Shown: positions 9,396-20,289, numbered from the stretch's first letter. The stretch is DNA of 64,000 nucleotides from Nitrospirota bacterium (GCA_963845065.1 CAWJQQ010000009.1:1088001-1152000); one strand, 5' to 3'. Notes: a model not told the origin generated them from the letters alone. Program-made: numbers and translations.

Positions 9396-12300
9396 ATGTG
9401 GATAGTACGATGGGCTTTGCGGCGGCCCTATACAGTTGCCGTGATGGCTTTATTGCTCATCGTGCTCGGTGCGCTTTCTGTGAGCGGGATGATCGTAGAT
9501 ATATTTCCTGCCATCGATATTCCCGTGGTCGTAGTCGTCTGGAATTACCCCGGACTCTCGCCTGAGGACATGGAGCGCCGTGTGGTGCTCATCAGTGAGC
9601 GGGCCTATTCGACTACCGTAAACGGAATCCAGCGAATAGAATCACAGTCAATCCCGGGCGTAGGGGTGTTGAAGATCTACTTCCAGCCGGGAAGCGACAT
9701 CGGCGCTGCGATAGCCCAGATATCGTCGGTCTCATTCACGGTCCTGAGAAGCGTACCGCCGGGTATGCAACCGCCCATTATCGTCCAGTTCAATGCCACC
9801 AACGTTCCTGTTGCACAGCTCACTATTTCGAGCAAAACCATCTCTGAGGAAAAACTCTTCGATTACGGCCTCAACTTCATCCGCGTTCAGCTGTTTACCA
9901 TTCCGGGACTCTCGACACCTGCGCCCTTTGGCGGGAAGACCCGCCAGATCATGATCAATGTGAATCCGGACGCCCTAGCAGGGCGCGGGCTTTCTCCAGC
10001 GGATGTTGTGAGCGCACTCCAGTCATCCAATTCGATCATTCCTGCAGGAACGGCCCGCATCGGCAGTACGGAATACAATGTCATGCTGAATTCCAGCCCG
10101 AAAATCCTCGATCAATTCAAGAACATCCCGATCAAGATCGTGGGCAATGCACCGGTTTATATGGGCGACGTGGCAACGGTGTCAGACAGCTTCGCCGTGC
10201 AGACCAATATCGTGCGGGTGAATGGACGGCGGGCCACTTACCTCATGATTCTGAAGCATGCCGATGCCTCGACGCTGGCCGTCGTTGACACCACGCGTGC
10301 CATGCTTCCGCAGATCCGGAAGGCGGCTCCCCAGGGCATGGAGCTCAATATCGATTTCGACCAGTCCGTCTTCGTCCGAGGCGCGATCGAGAGTGTTGTG
10401 CGCGAGGCGATTTTGTCTTCGATCCTCGTGTCGTTCATGATCCTGATCTTCCTCGGTTCCTGGCGCAGCATGGTGGTTGTGTCGACGTCTATTCCGCTTT
10501 CGATCTTAGCGTCGATCATCTATCTGAACCTCGCAGGTGACAGCATCAACATCATGACCCTAGGAGGGCTGGCCTTGGCGATCGGCATGCTCGTTGATGA
10601 TGCCACCGTTGCCGTGGAGAATATCCACCGGAACCGCGCCTTTGGCAAACCACTTACAGTCGCGGTTGTGGATGGTTCAGCCCAGATTGCGGTGCCAGCA
10701 ATCGTGTCCACGCTTGCCATCTGCGTGGTCTTCTTCCCCGTGGTACTGCTCTACGGTGCGGCAAAATATCTCTTCACCCCTCTTGCTCTGGCTGTGGTGA
10801 CGTCGATGCTTGCTTCCTACGTTCTATCGAGGACACTCGTTCCCGTCCTCTCACGTATGCTCATGAAGGGCGAGCACAGCGAGACCGGGATCATAAACGA
10901 GGAGCTTCTTTCTCGCTTCCAGCGGATCACACTCACCCTAAACCGCTGGAGGGATCGCACGTATATTGATTTGCAGCAGGCCTACGGTCGAGCGCTTGTG
11001 ACAATCCTCCATCACCGCATCTTCACATTGAGCATTGCTGGCATACTGATTACTATCAGTATCGCACTCGTCTTCGTCATCGGGATGGACTTTTTCCCTT
11101 CGGTGGACGCGGGTCTTATGAAATTGCATTTCCGTGCACCCATTGGCACCCGTATCGAAGAGACAGAACGGATGGTTGACCAGGTGGAGCAGAGTATCCG
11201 GAAGGTCATCCCGTCCCAGGAGATCGAAACCATCAATGATATGATAGGAGTACCGATTTTTTATAATCTCGCGTTCGTCCAGACCGATAATATTAGCGGT
11301 ATGGACGCGGAGATACTGATCTCGCTCAAACCGGGGCATCGGCCTACGGCATATTACCAGAAGAAATTGCGCGATACGCTGCCCCGGTCCTTTCCTGGCT
11401 CGCGCTTCTATTTTCAGGCTGCAGATATCGTGACCCAAGTTTTGAACTTCGGTCACACCTCACCGCTCGATGTCCAGATCGAGGGCGCCGATCTCAATCG
11501 TTCTTACGAGTATGCCCTCAAGATGAGCGATGCCCTGCGCGTGATCCCGGGCACGGCTGATGTACACATTAAGCAGGTGCTGGATTACCCAGCCCTGCAG
11601 GTGGATGTGGATCGGACGCGCGCTGCGTCGCTCGGTATGAGCGAGAGCGACGTGGCGAATAATGCCCTCGTCTCGCTCTCGTCGAGTATTCTCGTTGCGC
11701 CGTCTTTTTTCCTCAACCCCGCAAACAACGTGAACTACACGGTCGCAGTCCAGATCCCCCCGCGACGCATCGATAACCTAAATAGTATCCGCTCAATGCC
11801 ACTCTCGCCTCCATCAGCAGGCTCCCTTCTGCAACAGCTCGCGCTTCCCTTGCCGTCGGCTACTCCCAAAGCACCGACACAGACCCTGGCGAACCTATCG
11901 ACGATCTACCACGCGGTGAGTTTCGAAAACATCTCGCACTACACCGTCCAGCGGGTCCTCGATGTGGAGGCCAACGTGGAAGGGCGCGATCTGGGCTCTG
12001 TTGCCGCTGATATCGAAAAGAGCATCGCTGAGATTAAGCCTCTACCTGCTGGAACGCAGATCACCCTACGTGGCCAAAATGAGATCATGAATCAGTCATT
12101 CAGGAGCTTGGCTCTGGGACTAATTCTTGCTATTCTGCTCGTCTATTTTCTGATGGTCGTGCTCTTTCAATCCTGGCTCGATCCGTTCATCATCTTAATG
12201 GCGGTTCCCGGAGCGCTGATTGGGATTCTCTGGATGCTTGCTCTGACTGGCACGACTATCAACGTGGAATCCCTTATGGGATCGATCATGGCCGTGGGCA

Positions 12301-12662
12301 TCGCAACAGCGAACTCCATCCTCCTAGTAAGCTTTGCAAACGACATCCGCATAGACACAAATATCTCGCCCGAGGATGCCGCGCTTGAGGCAGGGAAGGC
12401 ACGGCTTCGGCCCGTGTTAATGACCGCCCTGGCCATGATCATCGGCATGCTGCCCATGGCGCTTGCCATGGGCGAGGCGGGCGAGCAGAACGCTCCTTTG
12501 GGCCGAGCAGTGATCGGTGGGTTGCTGCTGGCTACCTTTTTCACGTTATTTATCGTGCCGGTCATCTATACGCTGATGCGGACAAAGCCGCCTTCAAAAC
12601 ATGAACTGGATGAACGGTTCGAAGCGGAGCTCCAGGGAGGAAAGGACGCTCCCAGTTTATAG
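9396..12662 (+). CDS. RND efflux transporter permease subunit (AcrB/AcrD/AcrF family)
   Basis: 1088 aa with RND topology. LAIGMLVDDATVAVENI and RLRPVLMTALAMIIGMLPMAL motifs. Confidence 0.96.
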   Translation: MWIVRWALRRPYTVAVMALLLIVLGALSVSGMIVDIFPAIDIPVVVVVWNYPGLSPEDMERRVVLISERAYSTTVNGIQRIESQSIPGVGVLKIYFQPGSDIGAAIAQISSVSFTVLRSVPPGMQPPIIVQFNATNVPVAQLTISSKTISEEKLFDYGLNFIRVQLFTIPGLSTPAPFGGKTRQIMINVNPDALAGRGLSPADVVSALQSSNSIIPAGTARIGSTEYNVMLNSSPKILDQFKNIPIKIVGNAPVYMGDVATVSDSFAVQTNIVRVNGRRATYLMILKHADASTLAVVDTTRAMLPQIRKAAPQGMELNIDFDQSVFVRGAIESVVREAILSSILVSFMILIFLGSWRSMVVVSTSIPLSILASIIYLNLAGDSINIMTLGGLALAIGMLVDDATVAVENIHRNRAFGKPLTVAVVDGSAQIAVPAIVSTLAICVVFFPVVLLYGAAKYLFTPLALAVVTSMLASYVLSRTLVPVLSRMLMKGEHSETGIINEELLSRFQRITLTLNRWRDRTYIDLQQAYGRALVTILHHRIFTLSIAGILITISIALVFVIGMDFFPSVDAGLMKLHFRAPIGTRIEETERMVDQVEQSIRKVIPSQEIETINDMIGVPIFYNLAFVQTDNISGMDAEILISLKPGHRPTAYYQKKLRDTLPRSFPGSRFYFQAADIVTQVLNFGHTSPLDVQIEGADLNRSYEYALKMSDALRVIPGTADVHIKQVLDYPALQVDVDRTRAASLGMSESDVANNALVSLSSSILVAPSFFLNPANNVNYTVAVQIPPRRIDNLNSIRSMPLSPPSAGSLLQQLALPLPSATPKAPTQTLANLSTIYHAVSFENISHYTVQRVLDVEANVEGRDLGSVAADIEKSIAEIKPLPAGTQITLRGQNEIMNQSFRSLALGLILAILLVYFLMVVLFQSWLDPFIILMAVPGALIGILWMLALTGTTINVESLMGSIMAVGIATANSILLVSFANDIRIDTNISPEDAALEAGKARLRPVLMTALAMIIGMLPMALAMGEAGEQNAPLGRAVIGGLLLATFFTLFIVPVIYTLMRTKPPSKHELDERFEAELQGGKDAPSL

Positions 12663-13003
12663 ATTTTAGTTCACAGTTTGACGTTCTGCAAAAGCGATCA
12701 ATCATGTGCAATCAACTACGAGCTTGGTGAGAATGCTATCAGATGTTTTATGAAAAACAAGAGATGCAACTATAAGATCACAGAGGGTGCAGAGGAATGT
12801 AGTTTAAATGCTAGGCTTGATTTATCTAAAAGATACGCGGTAATCTCGTGGTTGACAGGTCAAGAGAAGGATCAAAAACAATTGTAATGAGGGGATAAAC
12901 AAGGAAGGAAGGCAGTGAGGGAACTTCTCTCTGAATTCAATATCTTCTCTGTTTTCTATGCCTAATAGTTTAACTATACGTGGCTGAGTAATGGGAGGTA
13001 AAA

Positions 13004-14134
13004 ATGGCAAAAGACGTTTCAACGTCGAAAGGCGCTCGCAAGCTCTTCATTTTCGGCGTTGTCATAATCGTTTTTTCCGTAGTGGCGATCGTTATCCTGT
13101 TCATAAACCGTAAAATGTCTCTCGCGAATGAAGCAAAGGTCAGGGTTGCTGCTGTCCAGGCCGGCATAGGCGTCCAAGTCGTTTCCGCACATCGTTCTCC
13201 AGGAGAACGAACGATAACGCTAACCGGTGAAGCACAACCCTTTGCCACTGTAACCCTCTATGCAAAGATAAGCGGTTATCTGAAGGAGATCAGGGTCGAT
13301 AAAGGCGACCGAGTGACTGCCGGAGAGGTCCTTGCAATCATCGAATCGCCTGAGCTTGACCGTCAGTATGAGTCCGCTGCTGTGGATGCTCAGGACAAGC
13401 GCAGAGATGCAACCCGTGAGAAAATTTTAGTGGAGAAGAATCTCATTTCGCAGCAGGACTCCGACCATGCCGAAGCCGCTGCACACGAGTCTGAGGCAAA
13501 TGCTGAAGCCCTCAAGACCCAGAAAGAGTACGAAATTCTCCGTGCACCTTTTCCCAGCATCGTGACTGTTCGTTTTGTGGATCCTGGTGCTTTGCTGCAG
13601 AGCGCTGTCGACTCTCAGACAACAGCATTACCGCTCGTAACGCTTTCCCAGACGGATAAATTACGCGTTTATATTTATCTTGACCAGAAGGATGCGAGTT
13701 TCGTCAGAATCGGAGACCAGGCGGAAATATCCGATGCCTCCCGTCCCGAAGTCGTGTTGCCTGCTGCATCCATCACCAGGATCAGCAAACAGCTCGACTC
13801 GAATACGCGCACTCTTCTTGCTGAACTCGATGTTGATAACAAGCAGGGACTGCTATTGGCTGGAAGCTTTGTGCGGGTTCTGCTAAAGCTCAAGACACCC
13901 CCGTCCATCGAAATTCCCGCACAGGCGCTTTTAATGAAGGGAGACAAGGCCTTTGTCGCGATCGTCACGCAGGGCAACAAGGTTAATTTTCGGCCCATTG
14001 TCGTGGCGGACAGTGACGGGAAGATGGTCCGGATCAGCTCAGGGCTTGAGGAAGGGCAGCGACTGGTTTTGAATCCCGGTTTCGGCATTGCCGACGGTGC
14101 ACAGGTGCAGCCGGTCGAGGAACCCGCGAATTAG
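13004..14134 (+). CDS. RND membrane fusion (periplasmic adaptor) protein
   Basis: N-terminal TM, lipoyl half-motifs AKISGYLKEIRVDKGDRV and LRAPF, TRTLLAELDVDN, and SGLEEGQRLV. Confidence 0.93.
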   Translation: MAKDVSTSKGARKLFIFGVVIIVFSVVAIVILFINRKMSLANEAKVRVAAVQAGIGVQVVSAHRSPGERTITLTGEAQPFATVTLYAKISGYLKEIRVDKGDRVTAGEVLAIIESPELDRQYESAAVDAQDKRRDATREKILVEKNLISQQDSDHAEAAAHESEANAEALKTQKEYEILRAPFPSIVTVRFVDPGALLQSAVDSQTTALPLVTLSQTDKLRVYIYLDQKDASFVRIGDQAEISDASRPEVVLPAASITRISKQLDSNTRTLLAELDVDNKQGLLLAGSFVRVLLKLKTPPSIEIPAQALLMKGDKAFVAIVTQGNKVNFRPIVVADSDGKMVRISSGLEEGQRLVLNPGFGIADGAQVQPVEEPAN

Positions 14135-14843
14135 GACGAGCCGCCTTTGAATAGATGTGATAATGTTCCTAAATAAGGAACGACTTTTTTGATTCTTCGG
14201 TTGCTAAGTCAACTTAAGTATGACGAGGTAAAACACTGTTTGAGTGCGCACCTTGACAACTTTTTTAAAAGTGATATTTTCTTAAATAAGGGATAAATGA
14301 ATTATGTTTCAAGGTTCTTATTGAAAAGAAAAAAAATATGGCAGGAATGGCGCACATGAACAAAATCATGTTAAAATTGATGCTGTTTCTCGTGAGGGCA
14401 ATTTAGACATCATGGACAGCGCAGAAATTTGGAAATCGCTTAGGCCACCAACGACAGCGGCGTTCAAGAGACGACGATAATTGGCGGTTGCTATTAGTTC
14501 AACTTTAATGACGTCATCGCAAAAAAGAATGCCCTATCGAAATTCTGATCAGGAAGGAACCCGGGTTCTCATGGAAAGTATGGTTCTCCATCTATTGAGA
14601 ACGATATAGACTTTGAAGTTGGGCTAAGTAGGTACCTTAAAGACGATCGCGTTCATACCAACAAAGGTTGGAAACTATCCTTTTTACTGTGAAGAAGGAT
14701 GCACCGAGTCGCATCTGGCAAAAGGCATGGAAGGGGGGACTAGATGTAGGTGATTTGAGATTTAGATCTGGATCAAGAGCTGTGCTCCAATTCCAGCTTT
14801 GCGGAGGTTGGTGCCGACTTGAGCGAAATAAAAGGGGGAAATT

Positions 14844-15272
14844 ATGAACATGCTTAATTTAATCCGGGCTGTGGTATGGACTTCGCTATGGATAATGCTT
14901 ACAGGCCTGTCAGGCTGTCCTTTGGACATGGATAAGCCACCGAGGATAGCAGATCTGGTCTATATCCCGCAGCAGGTGCCGGAAGATGCTGGGAAAACGA
15001 CGGCCGTCATCGGCACATTTGATATAACTCAGGAAAGTGGTGAAATTATGTCGATCAATACCGAAGCGTTCGATGCACAAGGCAAAAAGGTTTCATCGGA
15101 GTCCTTTCCCTTGAGCGACGCTACGCTGAAGACGTCGAGCACGCTCGGATTCGGCTTGGATATGAGCGCATCTAAGAAAGGCGAATATGCCTTCCAGATA
15201 TACATCATTGACAGCAAAGGCCGACAATCGAACAAACTGGACGGGACCTTTGCGGTGACGGGCCTTTTTTAA
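14844..15272 (+). CDS. Hypothetical lipoprotein
   Basis: Signal peptide with lipobox LSGC. RBS GGGGG upstream. Beta-rich mature part. Confidence 0.7.
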   Translation: MNMLNLIRAVVWTSLWIMLTGLSGCPLDMDKPPRIADLVYIPQQVPEDAGKTTAVIGTFDITQESGEIMSINTEAFDAQGKKVSSESFPLSDATLKTSSTLGFGLDMSASKKGEYAFQIYIIDSKGRQSNKLDGTFAVTGLF

Positions 15273-15456
15273 ATAATGCCTGTCTTGAATGCGACCGTAG
15301 AAATCATGAAAATAGAAATATACTTTGCACGCTGTCGATATGCTGAGTAATGGCTATTAAAATATGATCATAGAGTACTCTTTCTTTAATTTAAAGTAGG
15401 GGGGAATGTAAACTTCAATTTACGTCAGGGCTGCGTGCGTCGGGAACAAGAAGTAC

Positions 15457-16590
15457 CTATTTCTCTCCCCCTGATTCCATATGAGCAACCAAATAGCCCA
15501 TGATGTCTTTGAGGGTGATGATGCCTGCGAGGCGGTCCCCTTCGACAACGAGGAGTCTGCTGTTTCCTGTCCTGCCCATGATCGTAAGAGCCCCGAGAAC
15601 AGTAGTAGTGGGACCGACAGTGTTCTCTGCAGAAACGCTCTCGATTGAGTCAGCCACGGTCTTGTGGTCCCAATCTTCCCGCGGGATTACCTTCACGTGC
15701 CGGGTGGTTATAAACCCCAACAGCGTTTCCCCTTCCATGACTGGAAACATCTTGAAATGGTATTGATTGAAATACTCCTCAACAAGTTCCTTGATTGTCA
15801 TGGATGGTCGTGCGGTCACGGGTCGCGGGTTCATGAAGCGTTTCACGATCTCGCCCTCGAGCTTTGTACTGAATAGGACCTGTCGGTAAGACATCTCGGC
15901 AGCGTAGCGAAGGAACATGCCGAGCAAGAACTGCCAGAGTCCGGCGATGAACCTGCCATACAAGAAGTTTATCACGCCGACGAGCATTATAACGATGCCA
16001 AACCCAGAACCGATCCGCGATGCGATCCGAGTAGCTTTGCGCAGGTTTTTTTGCCATTGCCATAGAGCAGCGCGCAGGATGCGCCCGCCGTCGAGAGGGA
16101 AGGCAGGAAGCAGGTTAAAGGTGGCAAGGATCCAGTTACCAAACGCGAGGTACGTCAGCACAACTTCTACGGCGATAGTGGCTTTGGATCCGGTCAAAAG
16201 CCAAGCAGCGCCAAAGAACAAAGTCCCGAGAGCAACACTGGAAATCGGGCCGGCTATGGCCATAAAAAATTCTGCTTTGGGACTCGGTGGTTCATTGTCC
16301 ATTTCCGCCACGCCGCCGAAGATGAAGAGCGTTATGCCCCGCATGGGCAGACCGAACCGTCTGGCAACGAGAGAGTGGCAGAACTCATGGAACAGGATGG
16401 AAAAGAAATAAAATACTGCGCCGGTTACACCCATCCACCAGTAAGTGCTCCGTGCAAGGCCCTCATAAGAGTACGGGAACAGGACGGTAGCCAGGGACCA
16501 AGTGACGAGTAGCGCCAGAACCAGCCAGCTTAGGTCAATTCGAACCTCAAACCCGAGCAGGCGAAATAGCGTCAGGCGTTTACCGAACAT
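15457..16590 (-). CDS. Site-2 protease (peptidase M50) with tandem CBS domains
   Basis: HEFCH (HExxH) and FNLLPAFPLDGGR motifs, two C-terminal CBS repeats. Confidence 0.95.
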   Translation of the reverse strand: MFGKRLTLFRLLGFEVRIDLSWLVLALLVTWSLATVLFPYSYEGLARSTYWWMGVTGAVFYFFSILFHEFCHSLVARRFGLPMRGITLFIFGGVAEMDNEPPSPKAEFFMAIAGPISSVALGTLFFGAAWLLTGSKATIAVEVVLTYLAFGNWILATFNLLPAFPLDGGRILRAALWQWQKNLRKATRIASRIGSGFGIVIMLVGVINFLYGRFIAGLWQFLLGMFLRYAAEMSYRQVLFSTKLEGEIVKRFMNPRPVTARPSMTIKELVEEYFNQYHFKMFPVMEGETLLGFITTRHVKVIPREDWDHKTVADSIESVSAENTVGPTTTVLGALTIMGRTGNSRLLVVEGDRLAGIITLKDIMGYLVAHMESGGEK

Positions 16591-16892
16591 AATGAACCTC
16601 CCACATACTATAGGCGCTCAAGAAAAATGCAACTCAAAATTGGAAGAATATTTAACCCGCTCAGTCACGAAGAAGGGCTTTAGAAATTATAGGGTTAATG
16701 ATCTCCGAGAAAATATTCGGCTCAGACTGAAGTGAAATTAACAGCCTTAATAATTATACACCTTCACTATTGTCCGAGGAAATTTTCTCAGAAAACGATA
16801 CAGTATATTCAATTTTGCCCACTGTTATCACGGACAACAATTAATATCTGTCTGAAGTATCGTATTAACATCCATCCTCCCTTCTCTCTATT

Positions 16893-16921
16893 TTGACAGA
16901 TGGGACAAATTCCCGTATAAT
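16893..16921 (+). promoter_or_regulatory. Consensus sigma70 promoter of the groES-like gene
   Basis: Perfect TTGACA-17 bp-TATAAT. The spacer holds a small inverted repeat GGGA-caaat-TCCC. Confidence 0.75.
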
Positions 16922-16958
16922 ACTATCGTAACCGTATATTAATGATAGGAGGACCACT

Positions 16959-17567
16959 ATGAGAATTACACCATTGCATGACTGGGCCGTTATACGGCCA
17001 ACCGGATCGGACGAGATAACCGCAGGAGGAATTATCATTCCTGATACGGCGAAAGAAAAACCCCACGAAGGAGTAATCGTGGTGATAGGTCCCGGAGCTT
17101 TTGAGGAGGAGGAAAAGTTCAAAAAGAGAAAGGTCGAGAAGAAAGAACGCCGCTTCATTCCATCGACTGTCAAACCAGGCGATAGAGTACTTTATGAACG
17201 TTTTGCGGGCCAGACCTACACCGTAAACGGTGAGGAACTGGTCATGGTGCGCGAACGAGACATTCTCGGCATACTGCCAGAGAGGCAGCCACGCCAGGCT
17301 CCGCTGCAGATCCCGGCCAGAACTTCCACGCATGGCTTTACGGCACTGATGACAAGCAAGAGGCCTCTCGATGCGAAAGCCGCAACAGTAAATAAAAAAT
17401 CTGCGTCAAAAACCACCAAGAAAGCAGCAAAAAAAACGACGATAAAACCGGCAAAGAAGGCCTTAAAGAAAACTGTCAAAAAAGCCATCAAGAAAACTGC
17501 AAAACGGTTAACAAAGCAGGCCACTGGACGGAAGGCTTCGCCCAAGAAATCGACGAAGAAAAAATAA
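16959..17567 (+). CDS. GroES-like co-chaperonin with Lys/Ala/Thr-rich histone-H1-like C-terminal tail
   Basis: ITPLHDWAVI, TAGGIIIPDTAKEKP, VKPGDRVLY and ERDILGI motifs, then KKAAKKTTIKPAKKALKK-type repeats. Confidence 0.85.
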   Translation: MRITPLHDWAVIRPTGSDEITAGGIIIPDTAKEKPHEGVIVVIGPGAFEEEEKFKKRKVEKKERRFIPSTVKPGDRVLYERFAGQTYTVNGEELVMVRERDILGILPERQPRQAPLQIPARTSTHGFTALMTSKRPLDAKAATVNKKSASKTTKKAAKKTTIKPAKKALKKTVKKAIKKTAKRLTKQATGRKASPKKSTKKK

Positions 17568-17586
17568 CTTTGCGAGGTACTATAAC

Positions 17587-18168
17587 GTGGAAGACGAATT
17601 TGTATCACGTGAAAAGAAAATTCTCTCGATTCTTGAGCAGGAAATCTCAGACGGTGAAGAAATGACTGCTGCGGTAAGGCATATCGCTGAGCGTATGCTT
17701 CATGGTGAAAAAGGGTACACGCAGGTAGATGTTCAGAAAGATGTCCGTTTCCCAGTTACAATAGGGCCTGAGACCGTGGAGTCGTTCGTGGATTTCCTCG
17801 TCACCGTAGATAACAGGAACGCAATGGTGATTAAATGCGCACCCGGTTCTCTGTCGTCCCGGGAACGACATGTCGTGGCCGCGGCACGAGTGCTGGACAG
17901 CATGCCCGTCCCCGTAGCGGTCGTAATGGATCCATTAAGTGCAGTGGTCCTCGATACGATGTTAGGCAAGGTCACTGGAGAAGGGTTTGATGCAATCCCG
18001 ACAAAAAAACAGTTGATCTCGATACTGGCCGGGAAGGAATTACTACCGATTGCACCGGAAAAGCTGGAGCGCGAGAAAAGGGTACTTCTTGCTTTCGATG
18101 CTCTCCGATGTTGTATACCTCAAGGCGCCAACGGCGGTGTTCAACTTGATAAGAACGGTGATATTTAA
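17587..18168 (+). CDS. Stand-alone type I restriction HsdR N-terminal-like domain protein
   Basis: EKGY...VDFLV...MVIKC...SRERHVVAAAR pattern of HSDR_N-like PD-(D/E)xK-fold proteins. Confidence 0.6.
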   Translation: MEDEFVSREKKILSILEQEISDGEEMTAAVRHIAERMLHGEKGYTQVDVQKDVRFPVTIGPETVESFVDFLVTVDNRNAMVIKCAPGSLSSRERHVVAAARVLDSMPVPVAVVMDPLSAVVLDTMLGKVTGEGFDAIPTKKQLISILAGKELLPIAPEKLEREKRVLLAFDALRCCIPQGANGGVQLDKNGDI

Positions 18169-18169
18169 A

Positions 18170-18361
18170 CCTGAATCCGGCATCAGTAGCGGACTGTTAG
18201 CTCGTTTCTTGCTGAAAAAATGCGCCTAATAACGATTAAAGGTCATCGGAATGTAACCTATCAAAAAGGTAGGTTTGATTCCGTCCGCCTTTTTAAAGAT
18301 TCTGCCCGCTATTTTCGCGGTCATAATTGAGCAAAGCTCGCAGATTCGCGCCGGATTCAGG
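18170..18361. mobile_element. 192-bp MITE with IS1380-like ends
   Basis: Perfect 12-bp TIR CCTGAATCCGGC / GCCGGATTCAGG flanked by the 5-bp direct repeat TTAAA (18165-18169 and 18362-18366). Confidence 0.8.
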
Positions 18362-18571
18362 TTAAATATATTTCACTTATTGTCCGTTGTCCTGCCACGG
18401 GCAAGTGTGAGCCGGGAAGCATCTCAGGCACAAGTTTGATGTCCTCACATCGCTAAAACATGTGTGGTTTCTCGCGCTGGACTCCCAATATGGGAAATCA
18501 TGATTATTCAAAAGAAGGCAACTCTCGGCAAAGCATTTCCTCAGTTTTTTCTTAGTTGTATTTCTTGACTA

Positions 18572-20251
18572 CTGACCACTCCCCATAGTTAAAACTAGGG
18601 GGTTCTGACGGCAATACCGACAGTCTCTCTGGCAACAACGCAAACATTGCCAGCCTCGACTGTCGTTGATTCGTTTTAAACGGGCGAGCTGCTCTGTCTC
18701 CGGTCTGCGCTTGTACTTACCTTCGTTGCTCGCGCGAGACCGAAGCTGGCCGGATGAATTCAACCTATCGCCGCTTCTTGCTGCACCCTCAACACCGCCC
18801 GTTCCAGGAGCAGGTTTGCACCCGGCCAGGCTACTAGAGCCTGGCGCGTGTTGAGGACATCGTTCGAAACGTACTTTGCGAAAAATGCGGAATATAGATC
18901 GCGCTATGCATCCGCACCACATGTGCAAACGTGTTGCCGCTTTGAGAGGGGCTTTTTTTTAACTTCACCGCAGTGGCATGTCATTGAAAGTTTCGTGCTC
19001 CGGGTAGGGAATTCGATTATCTGGCCGCCAGCGTTTTCGGCTTTGCGGCGAAGCATCAAAATAAACATACCCGGAGCGCGTCTTGATACGCTTTTGCCAA
19101 ATGTTCTTTGAAAGGCTTCGTACGAAAGTTTCTCGGTTTTGATGTTAGTTCCGAGCTTAAGAATCTCATTGGCAGGCTTTCCATGAGATCGTTTTCTCGT
19201 TGCAGCGAGGACCCGCTTAAGCTCTGCCAACACAGCTTTTAGAGCGCGGTATTGAGCGGAGAAGACCCACTGCTTTTTGCCGGACTTGATTGTGCCGTTC
19301 TCGTTGTAGTTATCTGGATTAGTGGCTCTAAGACTTCTGTCCCTCTTGCGCTGCACAACCCTGATTTGTTTGTACGGAATCTCGACTTCCGGACAAAATT
19401 CAACGAGCCGGGCATCAGTATCGCCAACGATAGCGCCTGTGGACGGGCCGATGTCTAAACCAACAGTCTCGGTGCCGATCTGGTTCTCTCGCTTGACCTT
19501 GGCCGTGCCCTTTAGTACGAGTTGGGCAAACCTCCGGGGTTGCCGCGGATAGTCTTCTTGACCAGCCGGACGTATTTGACTTCATGGCTAAGCGTGTGAG
19601 CCTGGACACCGAACTTGTCCTTGTGATCGAAGGGACAGCTGAGGTTAAGTCCAGACCACTCGACATGATCATCGCGCCACCGTATCCCGGATGCGTTGTT
19701 TTTGCCTTCAACGGACGACATCCAGCCACGGCGCTTGAACCGGGGCTTGCCATACTTGCCAAACTCGTAGTCGGCTACGGCATTGTATGCCCTGGTCGCT
19801 AATTTTTGGGCAGTCAGGCTATCGATATGGTCGCCGCGATCCAGCAGGAGTTTCTAAACCGACCGACGTACTCATGGAGGCTGTATTCGGTATGGTTGGC
19901 TTGGTTTCTGGCTGCCTTAAACATCTTGGTGAGCAGCTTGCTTTTCTTCTTTTTAATTGCTGTGCACCATTTGACAGAACTACGCATCGCAGCAAGACGT
20001 TTCAGCGCTTCGCCAAGGCAGGCATTATACAGATGGCGGCCAGCCTCGAGCCGAATAGCAAGCATTCGGTTGTCTTTGCGGGTAGTTCCGAGTTGAAACT
20101 CATGGATGGAAGAGGGGGTTTTTAATTTATTACGTGACATTGTTACGTTAAATATACCATAGTGATGAACATTTGTATAGCAATTGTCGAGGCGTTAAGT
20201 CTCCGCATTCATCCCCATGGTTAAAACCAGGGGCTTTCTGCGGATGATTTG
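18572..20251 (-). mobile_element. Non-autonomous IS605-family (IS1341-like, tnpB-only) element
   Basis: On the minus strand: target TTTAC (20256-20252), guide AAAG with hairpin CCCCTGGTTTTAACCATGGGG, and right end GAAC with hairpin CCCCTAGTTTTAACTATGGGG and terminal GTCAG. Confidence 0.9.
18760..20140 (-). pseudogene. tnpB: Disrupted tnpB
   Basis: Fragments in several frames are homologous to TnpB 6194-7711 (LYNACLGE, KDKFGVQAH, FGKSVSRRAPG, TCHCGEVKKKPLS). There are frameshifts and a TAG just before RDLYSA. Confidence 0.9.
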
Positions 20252-20289
20252 GTAAATACCATGCAATAAATTTTAAAGTTAAGAGGCAG

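Noticed and set aside
12678..12887. 69-aa ORF between the RND and MFP genes
   Set aside because: TTG start without RBS and no motif.
14175..14843. Long intergenic region as riboswitch or pseudogene
   Set aside because: Only short broken frames, and no RNA motif I can support.
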